From: a virus
Taxonomy: Duplodnaviria; Caudoviricetes
Virus record (IMG/VR): IMGVR_UViG_3300027967_000009
Span: 1-55,925 of that record
Reading direction: 5' to 3' (one strand)
DNA: 55,925 bases
The position numbers and the translations under genes were made by a program. Under the pieces are notes generated by a model, which was given only the letters and a program-made list of their open reading frames with translations, did no database searches and was not told the DNA's origin. Numbering within the stretch: position 1 is the first letter of the stretch; each line of letters opens with the position of its first letter. Positions 8,341 to 19,522 of this stretch are shown here, in pieces.

Positions 8341-8687
8341 GGGGCGAAGTAACCTTTTACTCTCCCTTTTTTGACTTCCCATTGAAAGGCCCTATAACAA
8401 TGATTAGGGCCATCACCAGCAACCTCTGCTAACCAATCAATCACTTTTGCTTGATAGTAGTATCGCTTTTTATTATGCATATGCTGACCTGTCCAACCGC
8501 TTACTGTACGCATATCTGTATTATGCGCAATAGTACAAATAAGCAGGTCGATAATAAACCAAATTCTAAATGGTAGATTATCCCCTTTCATAAAGAAAAG
8601 TAGAGGCGAACAAATGCCGCCAAAAACTAAGCCTATTACAAGATAAGAGAGCAGTGTTCTAATGGTCTTAAGTGTAGTTGATAGCAT
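8337..8687 (-). CDS. Hypothetical membrane protein at end of tail operon
   Basis: Two hydrophobic segments, IDW..NHC motif. Confidence 0.7.
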   Translation of the reverse strand: MLSTTLKTIRTLLSYLVIGLVFGGICSPLLFFMKGDNLPFRIWFIIDLLICTIAHNTDMRTVSGWTGQHMHNKKRYYYQAKVIDWLAEVAGDGPNHCYRAFQWEVKKGRVKGYFAP

Positions 8688-8699
8688 GGTTTTTCCTTT

Positions 8700-9164
8700 T
8701 TACTGTACCCAAAGCGCTGTTTGTGCTGCACCTATAGCGCGCAACACTTCTTTTAATTTCTCTTTTGTAAGGTGAACAACAGTGTTGTCAGCCAACACCC
8801 ACAAGTTAGTTTCACCACTTTCAAGTCCAACAATAGTATCTGCCATACGACTACGTGAAATTTCATCGGCATCGAAAACCATTCCGTCAACTTCTACAGT
8901 GAGTTTTGCAATTAAATTGCTACGTTCACGTTTAAAGTTTTCACGTAATTGTGCCTCGGTTAACTCTGGTGTTACTTGCTCAAAACCTACAAGTACACCA
9001 TTTTCAACTTGAATATGTGTGTACTGTTGTTTGTTCACTTCTTCAATCTGCTCAAGGGTTATTTCAACTGCAGGAGTTGGTATGTTTTCACCATGTGCTT
9101 TTTCACTGTAAAAACCTACAATGGCGAGTGTGTCTTTGTCGTAGTGACAATATCTTTTAGTCAT
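8700..9164 (-). CDS. Tail fibre assembly protein (DUF4376-like C-terminus)
   Basis: GFY..HG..IP..AVEIT; VDGMVFDADEISRSRM..WVLADN; follows the fibre gene. Confidence 0.8.
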   Translation of the reverse strand: MTKRYCHYDKDTLAIVGFYSEKAHGENIPTPAVEITLEQIEEVNKQQYTHIQVENGVLVGFEQVTPELTEAQLRENFKRERSNLIAKLTVEVDGMVFDADEISRSRMADTIVGLESGETNLWVLADNTVVHLTKEKLKEVLRAIGAAQTALWVQ

Positions 9165-12100
9165 TATGTGTATCCTATGGCTATCCAATCAATGTAGTGG
9201 GCGCTGTTGTCCTGGTTTTGAATGGTAATTTGCGTATTACTACGTGAGTAAACAGAACCATAAGCCCATTCACCACTATTGGTTTGATCACCACTTGCTA
9301 CAGCAGTGAAAATTGTTGTAAAGGCTTCGCTAAAAGTTGTTGTTATGGTTGAGTTTGCACCTACGTAAGATCTACCTGTTTTAACAGTAAAACCTGTACT
9401 GGTATCCTTAAAGCCATAACCTCCCGCAGAACCTCCATCTAACCAGCCCTTTTCAGCATAAGCAGCTGCAATCTCTGCCTGTGTGAACAACTGACTTTTA
9501 GCATAGGTTTCAGTTTTGTTGTAAACATCGCTTTTACTATATGTATTTAACCACGTCCTAACGGCTGATGGGCTGCTACAATAGCGTGTATAATTATCGC
9601 TACCATTGTTAACCCTAAACGCTATTGCACCTGATATTGTGCTTTGGTTTTGGTAAGTGCTTCTCAATAATCTCGCAAAAATATCACCAGAACTATTACG
9701 CAAAGCATACGTGTTAGCTAATGCTGAACTTGAACCATGATACCCGTCCAACATATCTGCATTTAAATTGGTAACCACAACGTTTCTATTAACTAAAAAT
9801 GGGGCTTTGCCTGATGCTGATACAAATTCGGCCGCTTCACCTGAGCTTGATACTGCCCGGATTGCTCTACCTGAGCCATAATTAACAAATAAACTCGCTT
9901 GAGTGGTGTTATTAACATAGCCAGTTACAGCATGACCAGAGCCATAATTGTACGCATATACTGCATCACCGCTTCCGTATTGTTGAAATTTTCCTGTGTG
10001 TTGTGCTGAATTGTTTTTAAGCGAGACTACTGAGCCATTGTAGGTGCCATGGCCCATATACAACAACGAGCCATCTAGGTTATACACGCTGTTTTTATCA
10101 TTCAGAATAAAAAATGGCGTGTTGTCACCACTCACATAGGCAAACATGGAATTGTCAGTTATCCATATTCTATCGCCCGTTGTAGCTGTTTTAACACTGC
10201 CACCAATTAACTTAGCGCCAGATATGGTGCCTGTTGCTGTAACATCTTCAGCAAATATGCTTTCTACATTGATTTCATTAGCAGTAATCGCATTGGCGGC
10301 AATTTTATCTGCAGTAATCGCATTGGCGGCAATTTTATCTGCAGTAATCGCATTAGCCGCTATTTTGATAGCAGTAATCGCATTAGCCGCTATTTTGATA
10401 GCAGTAATCGCATTGGTTGCTATTTTGTTGGCGGTAATCGCATTGGCGGCAACTTTATCTGCAGTAATCGCATTGGCTGCTATCTTGTCGGCTGTGATGG
10501 TTCCATCCACAATTGTGGTTGATGTGGTCATCTCTTCAATACGGTAATCTTGAATTTGTATTGTAGCTTCACCTGTTCCAACACTAGCGCTATAGTTAGC
10601 CAAAATCCCAAGACTTACGGTTGCTGTACCAGCAGGCGTTTTAAAACTAGAGGAATCTCCGCTCTCAACAACATTAGCTAAAGTTACTTCGTATTTAACC
10701 CAATCTGTGCCAGGAATAGCTTGGTTGACTCGCCCCCAATAACAATAAGTTCCTAATGACCAACCAGTGCCACCAGAAGTAATCCTAGTCCCGTTAGCGT
10801 CCTTGAAATGACAGGCTAAGTATTGAGTTCTAACCGTTGCAGAGGTATTGCGAATCCATAAAGATATTTTATATACTTTACCGTCTTCTAGATGTATATC
10901 GTCAGACCAGAAACCTCCAGATAAGTTATTATTAGTAACTTCCGCACAGGTATCAGCCACTATTCCATCAGTAATTTGTTTACCATACTTAGTAAACGGG
11001 TTAACCGACCATCCGTTAGCTGAATTACCCGCAGCAGCGGCACCCTCAGCCTGGAAGTAAGGGTTTTCGTTGACCGCTTTATCATTTAAACCAACGCTGA
11101 TAGCGTTGGCACTTAAATAGCCTACGTTAGCCTTGTTTGCTACGACAATATTAAATTGACCGATAATACTATTAATAAAAGCAGTCGCTATAGAGTCGGT
11201 CACTGTATCGTATGCGCTATTATCAGCACTACCCGAAGTAACCCATTTTTTAAATTCCTCAACCGCGAGCCAAGCAGCTGCATACGTTGCTGAGTCGTTG
11301 TAATTAAGAGCAGACAAGCCTAAGTAACGATTACTTAATGATATTCCTGCCTCATATATTGCTTGGCCATGAATTTGTTTCCATCTCCATGAAGTCGTTC
11401 CAAGATATGCCTGCTTAGAGGAATCAAAAGGGATTATTCCATTTTGGGGTGACCTAACATACCCAGCACTATTACCTTGTGGAGTTAGTCCCCAGTAGCC
11501 GTTACCGTCGGCAGCTGTACGCATAAAACCTGTTGAATCAATATCATCTAAAGTAGATGCATCAACGTTTAGCGCGTCTATTACTGCTTTAGTAAGGGTT
11601 TCTTCAGTATAAATTTGATAGCTATTCCACTTATTACTATCAGTGTTAGAGTGGAAAAAAACTTTGCCGTTATATGAAAACTCCAGTGCAACTGATGATG
11701 TACTACCGCCAACATCATTAGACATCATGACCAAGCCAGAAGCACCTGCGTAATCAGTTCTGTAGCTGCCACCTAAAGGGTTGTTTGGCCAGTTAGCAGT
11801 TGAACCAACTAATACGTTGTCATCACCAATACTACCTCTATTACGAGTGAATGATGATTCACCGTAACCACCAAGCGTAGCAGCATCAACATTCAAGCTA
11901 TTAATAAACGCCTGGGTAATTGAGTTTTGAAAATTACCCGAGTTAAGCACCATGCGCCAACCAGGGTTGTAGGCACTACCGTGATATCTGTATTCCCACG
12001 TAGTATGAGATAAACCACCGTGGCCAGAGGCACTTGGCGCTGAAGTAACACGAATCATATAGGTGCTGCTAGTGCCAATTACCTCAATGGTTGCACCCGC

Positions 12101-15100
12101 TAAATCAATAACACCACAGTTAGTATCGCTAATGTAACCGTGGCCAGCATAACTCCAGCTTGTCTTAAAAACATTGTGATTACCATTAAAGCAACCAGCA
12201 CTGGTTAATGCAGCAACAAACTGCGACGTTGTGATGGCACCAGTGCCGTGAATGGCACTTAATGATTTATAACGCGGAAATAGCGTGGTATCTGACGGAA
12301 TAGCCCCCAATGAGCCTACTGATATTTCGCTGTTGCTTACCCGGGTGTCATCATAATCTGTGATATCAGCAGCTGCTTTCCAATCGCCAGCAGCGTAAAC
12401 ACCATTTACTAGTTTTGCGATTATACAGCGACTAAAACCATTGCCTGTATCCCATAAATCACCTACATCATAAGGAGGGATTGGCTGCACCACAAAAACG
12501 CGACGTTTACCGTCAGCGGTGTCTTGTGCTTTTGCCGCATCAGATAATGCTTTAGTGATGTCCGAGTCATCAATTTTTGCCCAACTATAGGTTGTATTAA
12601 CTAATTTAAAGCGATAGGCAAAGCCAGTGTTGTCATCATAATAAATATCACTTAAGTGTTGATTTTTTAATGCGGTAGTAACCCATTCATTAGCCGGAGC
12701 ATTGGCTAACGTAGGCACACCAGCTTGGAACCAAGTGGTGACATTGCCATCAATTTGTGACTGTAATTCGGTGATATCTGTGCCGTATTGCACGCTGTCA
12801 ATGAACTTACTGTCTGCATAATCTTTTGCGGCCTCAATGGCAACAGTATTGGCTATACGTTCATCTTCATAATTGGTCGCTAATTCAGAAAAGCTGTCTG
12901 TGATTATTTCTACTAAAACATCACTGTACGCGCTAGATAATTCATCGGTAACAATAGCAACAGAAGCGCGATATTTTCCAGCACCTAACCCTGATATGTA
13001 TAGCTCATTATCATCAAGTAATTGGTTTGATATTAATGGTGGGTTGTCGTTGTGATCAAGCGAAGAGCTACCAAAGGCACTAAACCATAAATAATCACTT
13101 GCCGATGCAGATTTTGTATTGCTTCTCTTGTTTATTGCTATGCCAATATAGCTATTGCCCGCATGGCCATCAACGTGGTTAATGCCTTGTAAGTTAGTGG
13201 CATATTTCACCCAAATAAAGCGTTGTTCACCTTGTAATCCTGTTACTTCATAGCCAAACGACGAGTCAATAACAAACCATTGGTAATCACTGGCAACTAA
13301 CGACTTGGTGGCTGATGATTGGTTTAACGCAAAACCAATATGGGTTTTAGCTGTGGCGCTATCAGACATGTTACTGCCTGAAGAGTCTGAGGCATATTTC
13401 ACCCAAACATGACCGCCATTGTCATCAAATAATTTAACGCGATATTTCGCATTAAAGCTTGGCTCTACTGCATCCCAAGATAGCAAGCCTTGATTGATGT
13501 TGTCGGTGAGTTGGCTATAAATTAATCCTGAGACATCACTTAGCGTATTTAATAATTCGCCTTGCGTTGGAAATGGTTGTCTGTACTGTGGAACATATTG
13601 AATGTGGGTTGCATTAATACCTAAGTCTTCGCGTGTTTGAGATTTACCTACATATTTCGTTGAGTGCCAAGGGCCATTACCTGAACCTAGCGCATCGCCG
13701 ACTAATGGGCTTAAACCAAATTTTGCTTTGATAGAATTGGTTAATACTGGAAAGCTTGAATCAATACCGTCAATTAATACGACTAAAGCACCAGGAGCAC
13801 CACCAGCGCCTGAGCCTGAATAATAATCATATTCAGGTATAAGGTCACCTATTGAGCCATCTTCACCGCTGGTATCAACAAAGCCAGAAACACCAAAAGC
13901 CAAGCCTCTGGCAACGATTAATAATGAACCACCGCCAACACCACCAGCACCACCATCTTTATATGTTGAGCCATCATTAACCAGCTTACCATCTTTGCCT
14001 GATGTGCCACACATATCACCAGGTACGCCGTGCAAACCATATTGGTCTTGCGTGATATTTAACGCTGGTACCGAAGTGTTGCTGTTCATATCAGGTGAAT
14101 TAGCAGGATGATAACCGAGAGTGTGCCCAGACTTCTCTTTGTTTACATAATTACCATTATTATCTCTGTCATAATGAAATGAACCTTGAGATATTGTTAC
14201 GCCAAGATAACCTGAGGTTAAATATTCATCCGGGGTTTTCTTAACTCTAATTTCACCGTCAACTTGAAGATGGCCTTTAACCAATAAACCAACATTATCC
14301 CAAAGTGTTAATGTAACACCGTTAGGTATAAGCAGATCACCGTCAAAATGATACAGCTTACGACTGGTGTGGCTGTTCTTTATGATGCTAATCCAATAGG
14401 CTTGAGTGGTTTTAGTGCCCACTGTGCCGGGCAAGGTACCATCTTGCTGCAATGTTCCGTTGCTGATGTTCAGTAATGAAGACATTGATGAACCGTTTGA
14501 TGTATACCAGCTATCCTGTAACGCCCAATCTGTGGTTGCATCACTTTCGGTGATCACACTGGCTTTATCTGACGAACCAAACAAGCTTACTGTAACTTTG
14601 CCTGTAATTTGGTCCACCGTGACTTTTTGCACTTCAAAAGCACGCTCTATACGGTCAAACCCCATGAAATCACGTTGCTGTGGTAGTTTAACGCGAACAA
14701 TGTCACCTTGTTCTAAATCATTCATGCTCGGCAATAAAGTAGCCGTTAATAAAACAGGTGGGCCCGCATATCTATCACGAAGTGCATCAAATAAATTATG
14801 AATGTGAGTAATGGTGTGACGGCTAGAATGCAAGCCTTTAAAGCTCAACTTATAAACGGAGCCTAGGCCGTGCTTATTAATAGAGTTGCTATCAAGCAAG
14901 GTATGTTTACGATAAAACTGTGGGTCTTGCCCAACAAATTGCAAATAAGCCCAGTTAATTTCAATTTGGTTGTGAATTTTACTGTGATCATAAGTGATTT
15001 TGCTGTGGCTAACTATGTTGTCTTCATTTAACTCGGCAATAGCATCTGAGCCGCTTAACACACTCGACATTAATTTTAATGATAATTTGCCATCCGACAA

Positions 15101-16123
15101 AACGGGCATGAAAGCGCCCATCAGTAAACAGATTTCTTTTTCTATAAACGTTTTGCCATCCGTTTTGGTTAACCCTGAAAAATACGTAATGAAACCTTTG
15201 GAAAAGTCATTCTCATCAAATAAATCTTCACCAATATTAATAAACGCATCTGTGTTTACACTGCTTGGATCTATACCTAAATGCCAACGTGTTGGCAGCT
15301 TACCGCCACCAATAATGTCACCTGTTAACATGGCATAAGCCATCACTGGAATAGGTAGTTCAATGTATACGTATTCTTCAACAACAATGCCGTTATCATC
15401 AGTAGAATCAGTAGGTATGCTGTGTGAAATATCATTAGTGCCAAAAAGGCCACGCTCTATGCCGGTAAACGTAGTAGCTGTCTTACCTGATGCCCTAGCA
15501 ATTTCAAAAAGATCACCTTGGTATATTTTTAAATAAATATACTTTCCAGTTGGCTGATCAGAAAACGAAGCAACGTGATCACAAAACTCAAAACCTTCTG
15601 TGGTGCTAACCTCTATCGTTGTTTCATTAGCTAAAAAGTCACGGGTTAATTGTGTTTTAGCTAAATCAAAAATATCGGAACGTAACTTTCTTTGGATATC
15701 AGCACAGGTGACGGAGTACACGCTATTGTTATAGCTTACCTCTTTATCAATTTGCTGTGTTTGCTCTAGCCTGAAATCTGCAAAGTCCATGCCGAGGCCA
15801 CCACGGTATAACTTAACCGTTAAGCCATTTAAACCTTGATTTTGTGCATTAGCATTTCTAAAGGCTTGGGTAACTGCGCCATTAAGATCAAGTAAAGAAA
15901 AGGTCAATTTCCCGATTTCAGCGCGTGCGACATCGGGGTTAATGCTTTGTGAAATAGACGAGGTTTTTTTTACCGTATCGGTGATGGTATTAGCAGGTAA
16001 ATTGGGAATATCGGCGTGTGATGAAAAGTAAACCGGCGTGGCAAAATCAAGCATAATAACCAAGCGTAAGTCTTTGCTGCTTGATTGATTAAATATATTA
16101 AACTCTTGGCTGTTTTGGCGCAT
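9164..16123 (-). CDS. Very large tail tip/fibre (host specificity) protein, 2319 aa
   Basis: Position after TMP and distal tail gene; ANAITADKIA repeats; A..LDG motifs; DWIAIGY C-terminus. Confidence 0.85.
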   Translation of the reverse strand: MRQNSQEFNIFNQSSSKDLRLVIMLDFATPVYFSSHADIPNLPANTITDTVKKTSSISQSINPDVARAEIGKLTFSLLDLNGAVTQAFRNANAQNQGLNGLTVKLYRGGLGMDFADFRLEQTQQIDKEVSYNNSVYSVTCADIQRKLRSDIFDLAKTQLTRDFLANETTIEVSTTEGFEFCDHVASFSDQPTGKYIYLKIYQGDLFEIARASGKTATTFTGIERGLFGTNDISHSIPTDSTDDNGIVVEEYVYIELPIPVMAYAMLTGDIIGGGKLPTRWHLGIDPSSVNTDAFINIGEDLFDENDFSKGFITYFSGLTKTDGKTFIEKEICLLMGAFMPVLSDGKLSLKLMSSVLSGSDAIAELNEDNIVSHSKITYDHSKIHNQIEINWAYLQFVGQDPQFYRKHTLLDSNSINKHGLGSVYKLSFKGLHSSRHTITHIHNLFDALRDRYAGPPVLLTATLLPSMNDLEQGDIVRVKLPQQRDFMGFDRIERAFEVQKVTVDQITGKVTVSLFGSSDKASVITESDATTDWALQDSWYTSNGSSMSSLLNISNGTLQQDGTLPGTVGTKTTQAYWISIIKNSHTSRKLYHFDGDLLIPNGVTLTLWDNVGLLVKGHLQVDGEIRVKKTPDEYLTSGYLGVTISQGSFHYDRDNNGNYVNKEKSGHTLGYHPANSPDMNSNTSVPALNITQDQYGLHGVPGDMCGTSGKDGKLVNDGSTYKDGGAGGVGGGSLLIVARGLAFGVSGFVDTSGEDGSIGDLIPEYDYYSGSGAGGAPGALVVLIDGIDSSFPVLTNSIKAKFGLSPLVGDALGSGNGPWHSTKYVGKSQTREDLGINATHIQYVPQYRQPFPTQGELLNTLSDVSGLIYSQLTDNINQGLLSWDAVEPSFNAKYRVKLFDDNGGHVWVKYASDSSGSNMSDSATAKTHIGFALNQSSATKSLVASDYQWFVIDSSFGYEVTGLQGEQRFIWVKYATNLQGINHVDGHAGNSYIGIAINKRSNTKSASASDYLWFSAFGSSSLDHNDNPPLISNQLLDDNELYISGLGAGKYRASVAIVTDELSSAYSDVLVEIITDSFSELATNYEDERIANTVAIEAAKDYADSKFIDSVQYGTDITELQSQIDGNVTTWFQAGVPTLANAPANEWVTTALKNQHLSDIYYDDNTGFAYRFKLVNTTYSWAKIDDSDITKALSDAAKAQDTADGKRRVFVVQPIPPYDVGDLWDTGNGFSRCIIAKLVNGVYAAGDWKAAADITDYDDTRVSNSEISVGSLGAIPSDTTLFPRYKSLSAIHGTGAITTSQFVAALTSAGCFNGNHNVFKTSWSYAGHGYISDTNCGVIDLAGATIEVIGTSSTYMIRVTSAPSASGHGGLSHTTWEYRYHGSAYNPGWRMVLNSGNFQNSITQAFINSLNVDAATLGGYGESSFTRNRGSIGDDNVLVGSTANWPNNPLGGSYRTDYAGASGLVMMSNDVGGSTSSVALEFSYNGKVFFHSNTDSNKWNSYQIYTEETLTKAVIDALNVDASTLDDIDSTGFMRTAADGNGYWGLTPQGNSAGYVRSPQNGIIPFDSSKQAYLGTTSWRWKQIHGQAIYEAGISLSNRYLGLSALNYNDSATYAAAWLAVEEFKKWVTSGSADNSAYDTVTDSIATAFINSIIGQFNIVVANKANVGYLSANAISVGLNDKAVNENPYFQAEGAAAAGNSANGWSVNPFTKYGKQITDGIVADTCAEVTNNNLSGGFWSDDIHLEDGKVYKISLWIRNTSATVRTQYLACHFKDANGTRITSGGTGWSLGTYCYWGRVNQAIPGTDWVKYEVTLANVVESGDSSSFKTPAGTATVSLGILANYSASVGTGEATIQIQDYRIEEMTTSTTIVDGTITADKIAANAITADKVAANAITANKIATNAITAIKIAANAITAIKIAANAITADKIAANAITADKIAANAITANEINVESIFAEDVTATGTISGAKLIGGSVKTATTGDRIWITDNSMFAYVSGDNTPFFILNDKNSVYNLDGSLLYMGHGTYNGSVVSLKNNSAQHTGKFQQYGSGDAVYAYNYGSGHAVTGYVNNTTQASLFVNYGSGRAIRAVSSSGEAAEFVSASGKAPFLVNRNVVVTNLNADMLDGYHGSSSALANTYALRNSSGDIFARLLRSTYQNQSTISGAIAFRVNNGSDNYTRYCSSPSAVRTWLNTYSKSDVYNKTETYAKSQLFTQAEIAAAYAEKGWLDGGSAGGYGFKDTSTGFTVKTGRSYVGANSTITTTFSEAFTTIFTAVASGDQTNSGEWAYGSVYSRSNTQITIQNQDNSAHYIDWIAIGYT
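10281..10490 (-). repeat. 30-bp tandem repeat, about 7 units, encoding ANAITA(D/I/N)KIA
   Basis: GCAGTAATCGCATT recurs every 30 bp. Confidence 0.9.
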
Positions 16124-16506
16124 TAATAAACTCGTTCAATTTTAAAGGTGATGATGTAGTAAATCCCTTGGCGAGATTCTTTATAAGATTTGGCAACACG
16201 AAGACAATTTATTGGTGCCACAATATTTTCAGCGGTAGCTGTATCGTCAGCATCTAAAATAAACACCTCTGCCGCTGCGGTAGAGGCAAACCATTCGCGC
16301 CATTTATCCATGTTGGCTGGGGCAATTGGCTGGGTAGTGACAGAATAAATGTCATCTAGCGACTCTAATATCCCTTCTTTCTTGCCTGATAGGCTTGATG
16401 AAATTGTGCTGTTTTCTTTTGGGGTATAATCAAATTTGGCGAGGTTGTGCTGTATTACACCAGCACCACCAACTAGTTTTCTTGTTGGGCTGTAAACTAA
16501 ACGCAT
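16123..16506 (-). CDS. Distal tail protein (probable)
   Basis: Size and position directly after tape measure. Confidence 0.55.
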   Translation of the reverse strand: MRLVYSPTRKLVGGAGVIQHNLAKFDYTPKENSTISSSLSGKKEGILESLDDIYSVTTQPIAPANMDKWREWFASTAAAEVFILDADDTATAENIVAPINCLRVAKSYKESRQGIYYIITFKIERVY

Positions 16507-19500
16507 TAGGTACCTACTGTTGATAATTCTTGGGCTTGTCTGGTACTAGGTTCAATTAATACCGCATCTGTTGTTTCTATTTTTTCTTTGATTTGATCAA
16601 AAATTAAATCCGCTGAATTACCAATAAGATCACCTTCAACAATAAAGTAGTTTCTAACCGGTTCTTGCTCTATTTGGTTGTTTGAATTGATGTTGCTGCT
16701 TAAGGTGTTTTCTAAGCTTTGGTTAGTGTTAGATGGTATAGACGTTGCCAACGAACCACCGCCCAAAGCGCTACTGCTTGAGGTAGAGCTTCCGAGCGTT
16801 TGGCTTTTAATATTTTTAATTTGCATTAAACCGCTTGCTAGCATGGCAGCTGCAGGTGCTATACCCCAAGGATAACCACCAGCATTTTTAAAGGATTCAA
16901 TCACGGCTGCAGGTAATGAAACAGCTGCTTGCGCAAGTGCTGCCGCTTTTTTGATTTTAAAGAGTTTTTTACTGCCGCCTGTTTCCATGTTAGCGATGGT
17001 TTGCAGGCCGCCTGTTATCATATTAAATTTGGCTTTTTGCTCTGCTTCTTCTAGCTTTTTGTGCTTTTTCTTATATTTTTCGCTTAGCTTTTTCTTGCGC
17101 TCTTCATACTCAGTTTCAGTGATTGTTTTTTTATCAAACAAAGCTTTATACTGCGCAATTTCAGCTGTGTGCTGAGCACTTATCGCTTCGCTTTTGGTTA
17201 ACCATTGTTCATCAAGACGAATTAAACTCGCTTGGTTTTTAGCTATTTCCTGCGCTTCAATAGCCTCAAGTTTCGCTAAGTATTGCTCGTTGTTGGCACT
17301 GGCTAATTCATTGAATTTGGCCGCATCGGTTATAACCCCTGCTTGCCACAACTCAGCTAATAGAACGTTGCGTTTATTAGCGGTTTCAAACAGTAATTGG
17401 TCTTCTGATTTAAGGGCGTTTTGTAAGTCAGTATATTGCTGCTCTAATTGTTGACGTTTTAAGGCGGCATTAGGATCATCCGTATTGTCATTGTTGTTTA
17501 AATCTAATGGATCTTTTTTAGGTGTTTCAGGCTGACCACCTTCACTTAAAAATTTAAGTTGGTCTTCAAGCTGTAACCGCAAAGCAAGCTGCTGGTTGAG
17601 CTTTTTGTTTTCAGTCTCTTGTGCAGAGACAGTTAAAACCAACTTGTCTTGCTCTTCTTTACTGCGAACAATAGTTTTAGTTACTGTTTGATGAAGCGTT
17701 GGATCCCACACTTCTTTCGTGGTTTTCTTTAAGCCCAAAATAGTCATAGCATTCTGCTTAACAACGTCAGATTGCGTTTTTATATCTTGAGTGAGCTCTA
17801 CAATTTTTCCTTTTAGTTTCGCTTGCGAAAGGCTTCGGTAATTTCCCTCTAATGCTTTGATGTTGCTTGAAAGGGTCTGAGTGTTTTCCGAGGCTTTACT
17901 TGATGAACTCACAAAGTAAGTCAATGCACCCGCAGCAAGCATAACGATACCAGCAGGGCCACCCAGTAGGGCCATTGAGCCAGTAAGCGCCCTACTAGCA
18001 ATGGTACCTTGAGCCATTACTGCATTGTGTTGGCTTTGCGCTACCTGCATCGCCTTAATTGAGGTTGTTAACCCTGCCCTAGCGGTTTGCTCGAGCTTGG
18101 CAGCTGCAGTGTATTTTGCGCTGCCAATTGCCCCTAGTTTTTGGGCTTTGGCTGAGTTGTAAACCGCTAAAGCATAGGCGTGCTCTGTTTTAGTTGAGGT
18201 GACTTTTTGAGCCGCTTCTAATTGCGAGGCTTTGATTTTGTTATTAGTGGCAACAATATCGGCAATTTTTGCTTGGGTTGCTATGCCAATGCTGGTGGTA
18301 TATTTAGCGGTAACACCCACTAAACCAGCCATGGCAACGTTAGATAAAGTATCTATGCTGCTTGAAATATCATCGGTATCGCCAATCCACTCACGTAATT
18401 CTGATGATGTCCCCGTAATCGCTGGTGATAACCGTTCACCAATTTCGCTAGAAACATTGGTGAGTGATTTCTGAGTTTTGACAAGATCAGCATTCATGGT
18501 TTGAAATGCTGTATTTGATTCTTTGACTAACGCTGTGGCATCTTTAACTTCTTTGTTGGCCAACTTCATAGCTCGCGCCAAAATACCCGAATTTTTAGCC
18601 ATTACTGGCAAGGTTTTGTTAACTTCCTCGCCTTTCAAGCCAAAATCTTCAAGGGTAGCGATCATGTCACCACCCGATTTATCTATTTTATTTAACCCCG
18701 TTAAAAATGACTGAAAAACACCTTCTGCGTTATCTTTAAAGGTGGCTTTTAATTGCTGCTCAGTCATGCCGGTAATAGCCATTAACTGATTAAGCTTTTC
18801 ACCACCTTGAGCGATGGCAACATTCATTGAGTTAAAGGCGCGACCAACCACAGAGCCCCCACTTTCCGCACGAATGCCAAGCGAGGCCATTGAAGTACCA
18901 AAAGCAGCTGATTGTGCTGAGCCAACATCATAAACAGCAATGGCGCGTGAAACTTCCGTGGTATGCCCTAATATTTCACTTTCAGAGGCCGCAAAATTAT
19001 TACCAAGCGCCACTAAAACAGAACCGAATTTATCAACAGTACCTATGCCTTCACCCGTAACATTAATTACCCGGGCAATTGACTTTGCTGAGGCTTCACC
19101 AGCTAAGTCTGACGATTTTTCAAGGCGAGCCATGGTGTCGACAAACTTTAATAAATTGTCATTACCTTTGATGCCCAATTGACCAGCAGCTTCGGCATAT
19201 TGAAGTAGATCGTTGGTAGCAACAGGAATATCTAAGTTTTTAATGTCTTCGCCAAATTGCTTTAACTCTGCGCCTTCAATGTTTGCTGTTTTGCCAACTT
19301 TAACTAATGCTTCTTCAAAGTTACCAAAATCACTAGCCAAGCGACGAACACCAGCAAACGCAGCATAAGCAGACAATGGTGCCATAACTTGAGAGATGGC
19401 GCTTTGGGTACGCTGAGATTGCTTTTCAACGGTTTGCAGGTTGCGTTTTATTTGGTTAAAGGCAGGTTTAGTTCTCTCTTTAGCAGAGATAATAAATTGT

Positions 19501-19514
19501 GCTTCAGTAGACAT
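16506..19514 (-). CDS. Tail tape measure protein
   Basis: 1002 aa, Ala-rich helical, TP901-type core (LGNNFAASESEI), LLGGPAGI motif. Confidence 0.93.
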   Translation of the reverse strand: MSTEAQFIISAKERTKPAFNQIKRNLQTVEKQSQRTQSAISQVMAPLSAYAAFAGVRRLASDFGNFEEALVKVGKTANIEGAELKQFGEDIKNLDIPVATNDLLQYAEAAGQLGIKGNDNLLKFVDTMARLEKSSDLAGEASAKSIARVINVTGEGIGTVDKFGSVLVALGNNFAASESEILGHTTEVSRAIAVYDVGSAQSAAFGTSMASLGIRAESGGSVVGRAFNSMNVAIAQGGEKLNQLMAITGMTEQQLKATFKDNAEGVFQSFLTGLNKIDKSGGDMIATLEDFGLKGEEVNKTLPVMAKNSGILARAMKLANKEVKDATALVKESNTAFQTMNADLVKTQKSLTNVSSEIGERLSPAITGTSSELREWIGDTDDISSSIDTLSNVAMAGLVGVTAKYTTSIGIATQAKIADIVATNNKIKASQLEAAQKVTSTKTEHAYALAVYNSAKAQKLGAIGSAKYTAAAKLEQTARAGLTTSIKAMQVAQSQHNAVMAQGTIASRALTGSMALLGGPAGIVMLAAGALTYFVSSSSKASENTQTLSSNIKALEGNYRSLSQAKLKGKIVELTQDIKTQSDVVKQNAMTILGLKKTTKEVWDPTLHQTVTKTIVRSKEEQDKLVLTVSAQETENKKLNQQLALRLQLEDQLKFLSEGGQPETPKKDPLDLNNNDNTDDPNAALKRQQLEQQYTDLQNALKSEDQLLFETANKRNVLLAELWQAGVITDAAKFNELASANNEQYLAKLEAIEAQEIAKNQASLIRLDEQWLTKSEAISAQHTAEIAQYKALFDKKTITETEYEERKKKLSEKYKKKHKKLEEAEQKAKFNMITGGLQTIANMETGGSKKLFKIKKAAALAQAAVSLPAAVIESFKNAGGYPWGIAPAAAMLASGLMQIKNIKSQTLGSSTSSSSALGGGSLATSIPSNTNQSLENTLSSNINSNNQIEQEPVRNYFIVEGDLIGNSADLIFDQIKEKIETTDAVLIEPSTRQAQELSTVGT

Positions 19515-19522
19515 AGCGACTC

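Noticed and set aside
9164-9600. Diversity-generating retroelement target in the fibre C-terminus
   Set aside because: No reverse transcriptase and no template repeat seen
10146-10547. Hydrophobic repeat ORF on the + strand
   Set aside because: Antisense shadow of the ANAITADKIA repeat
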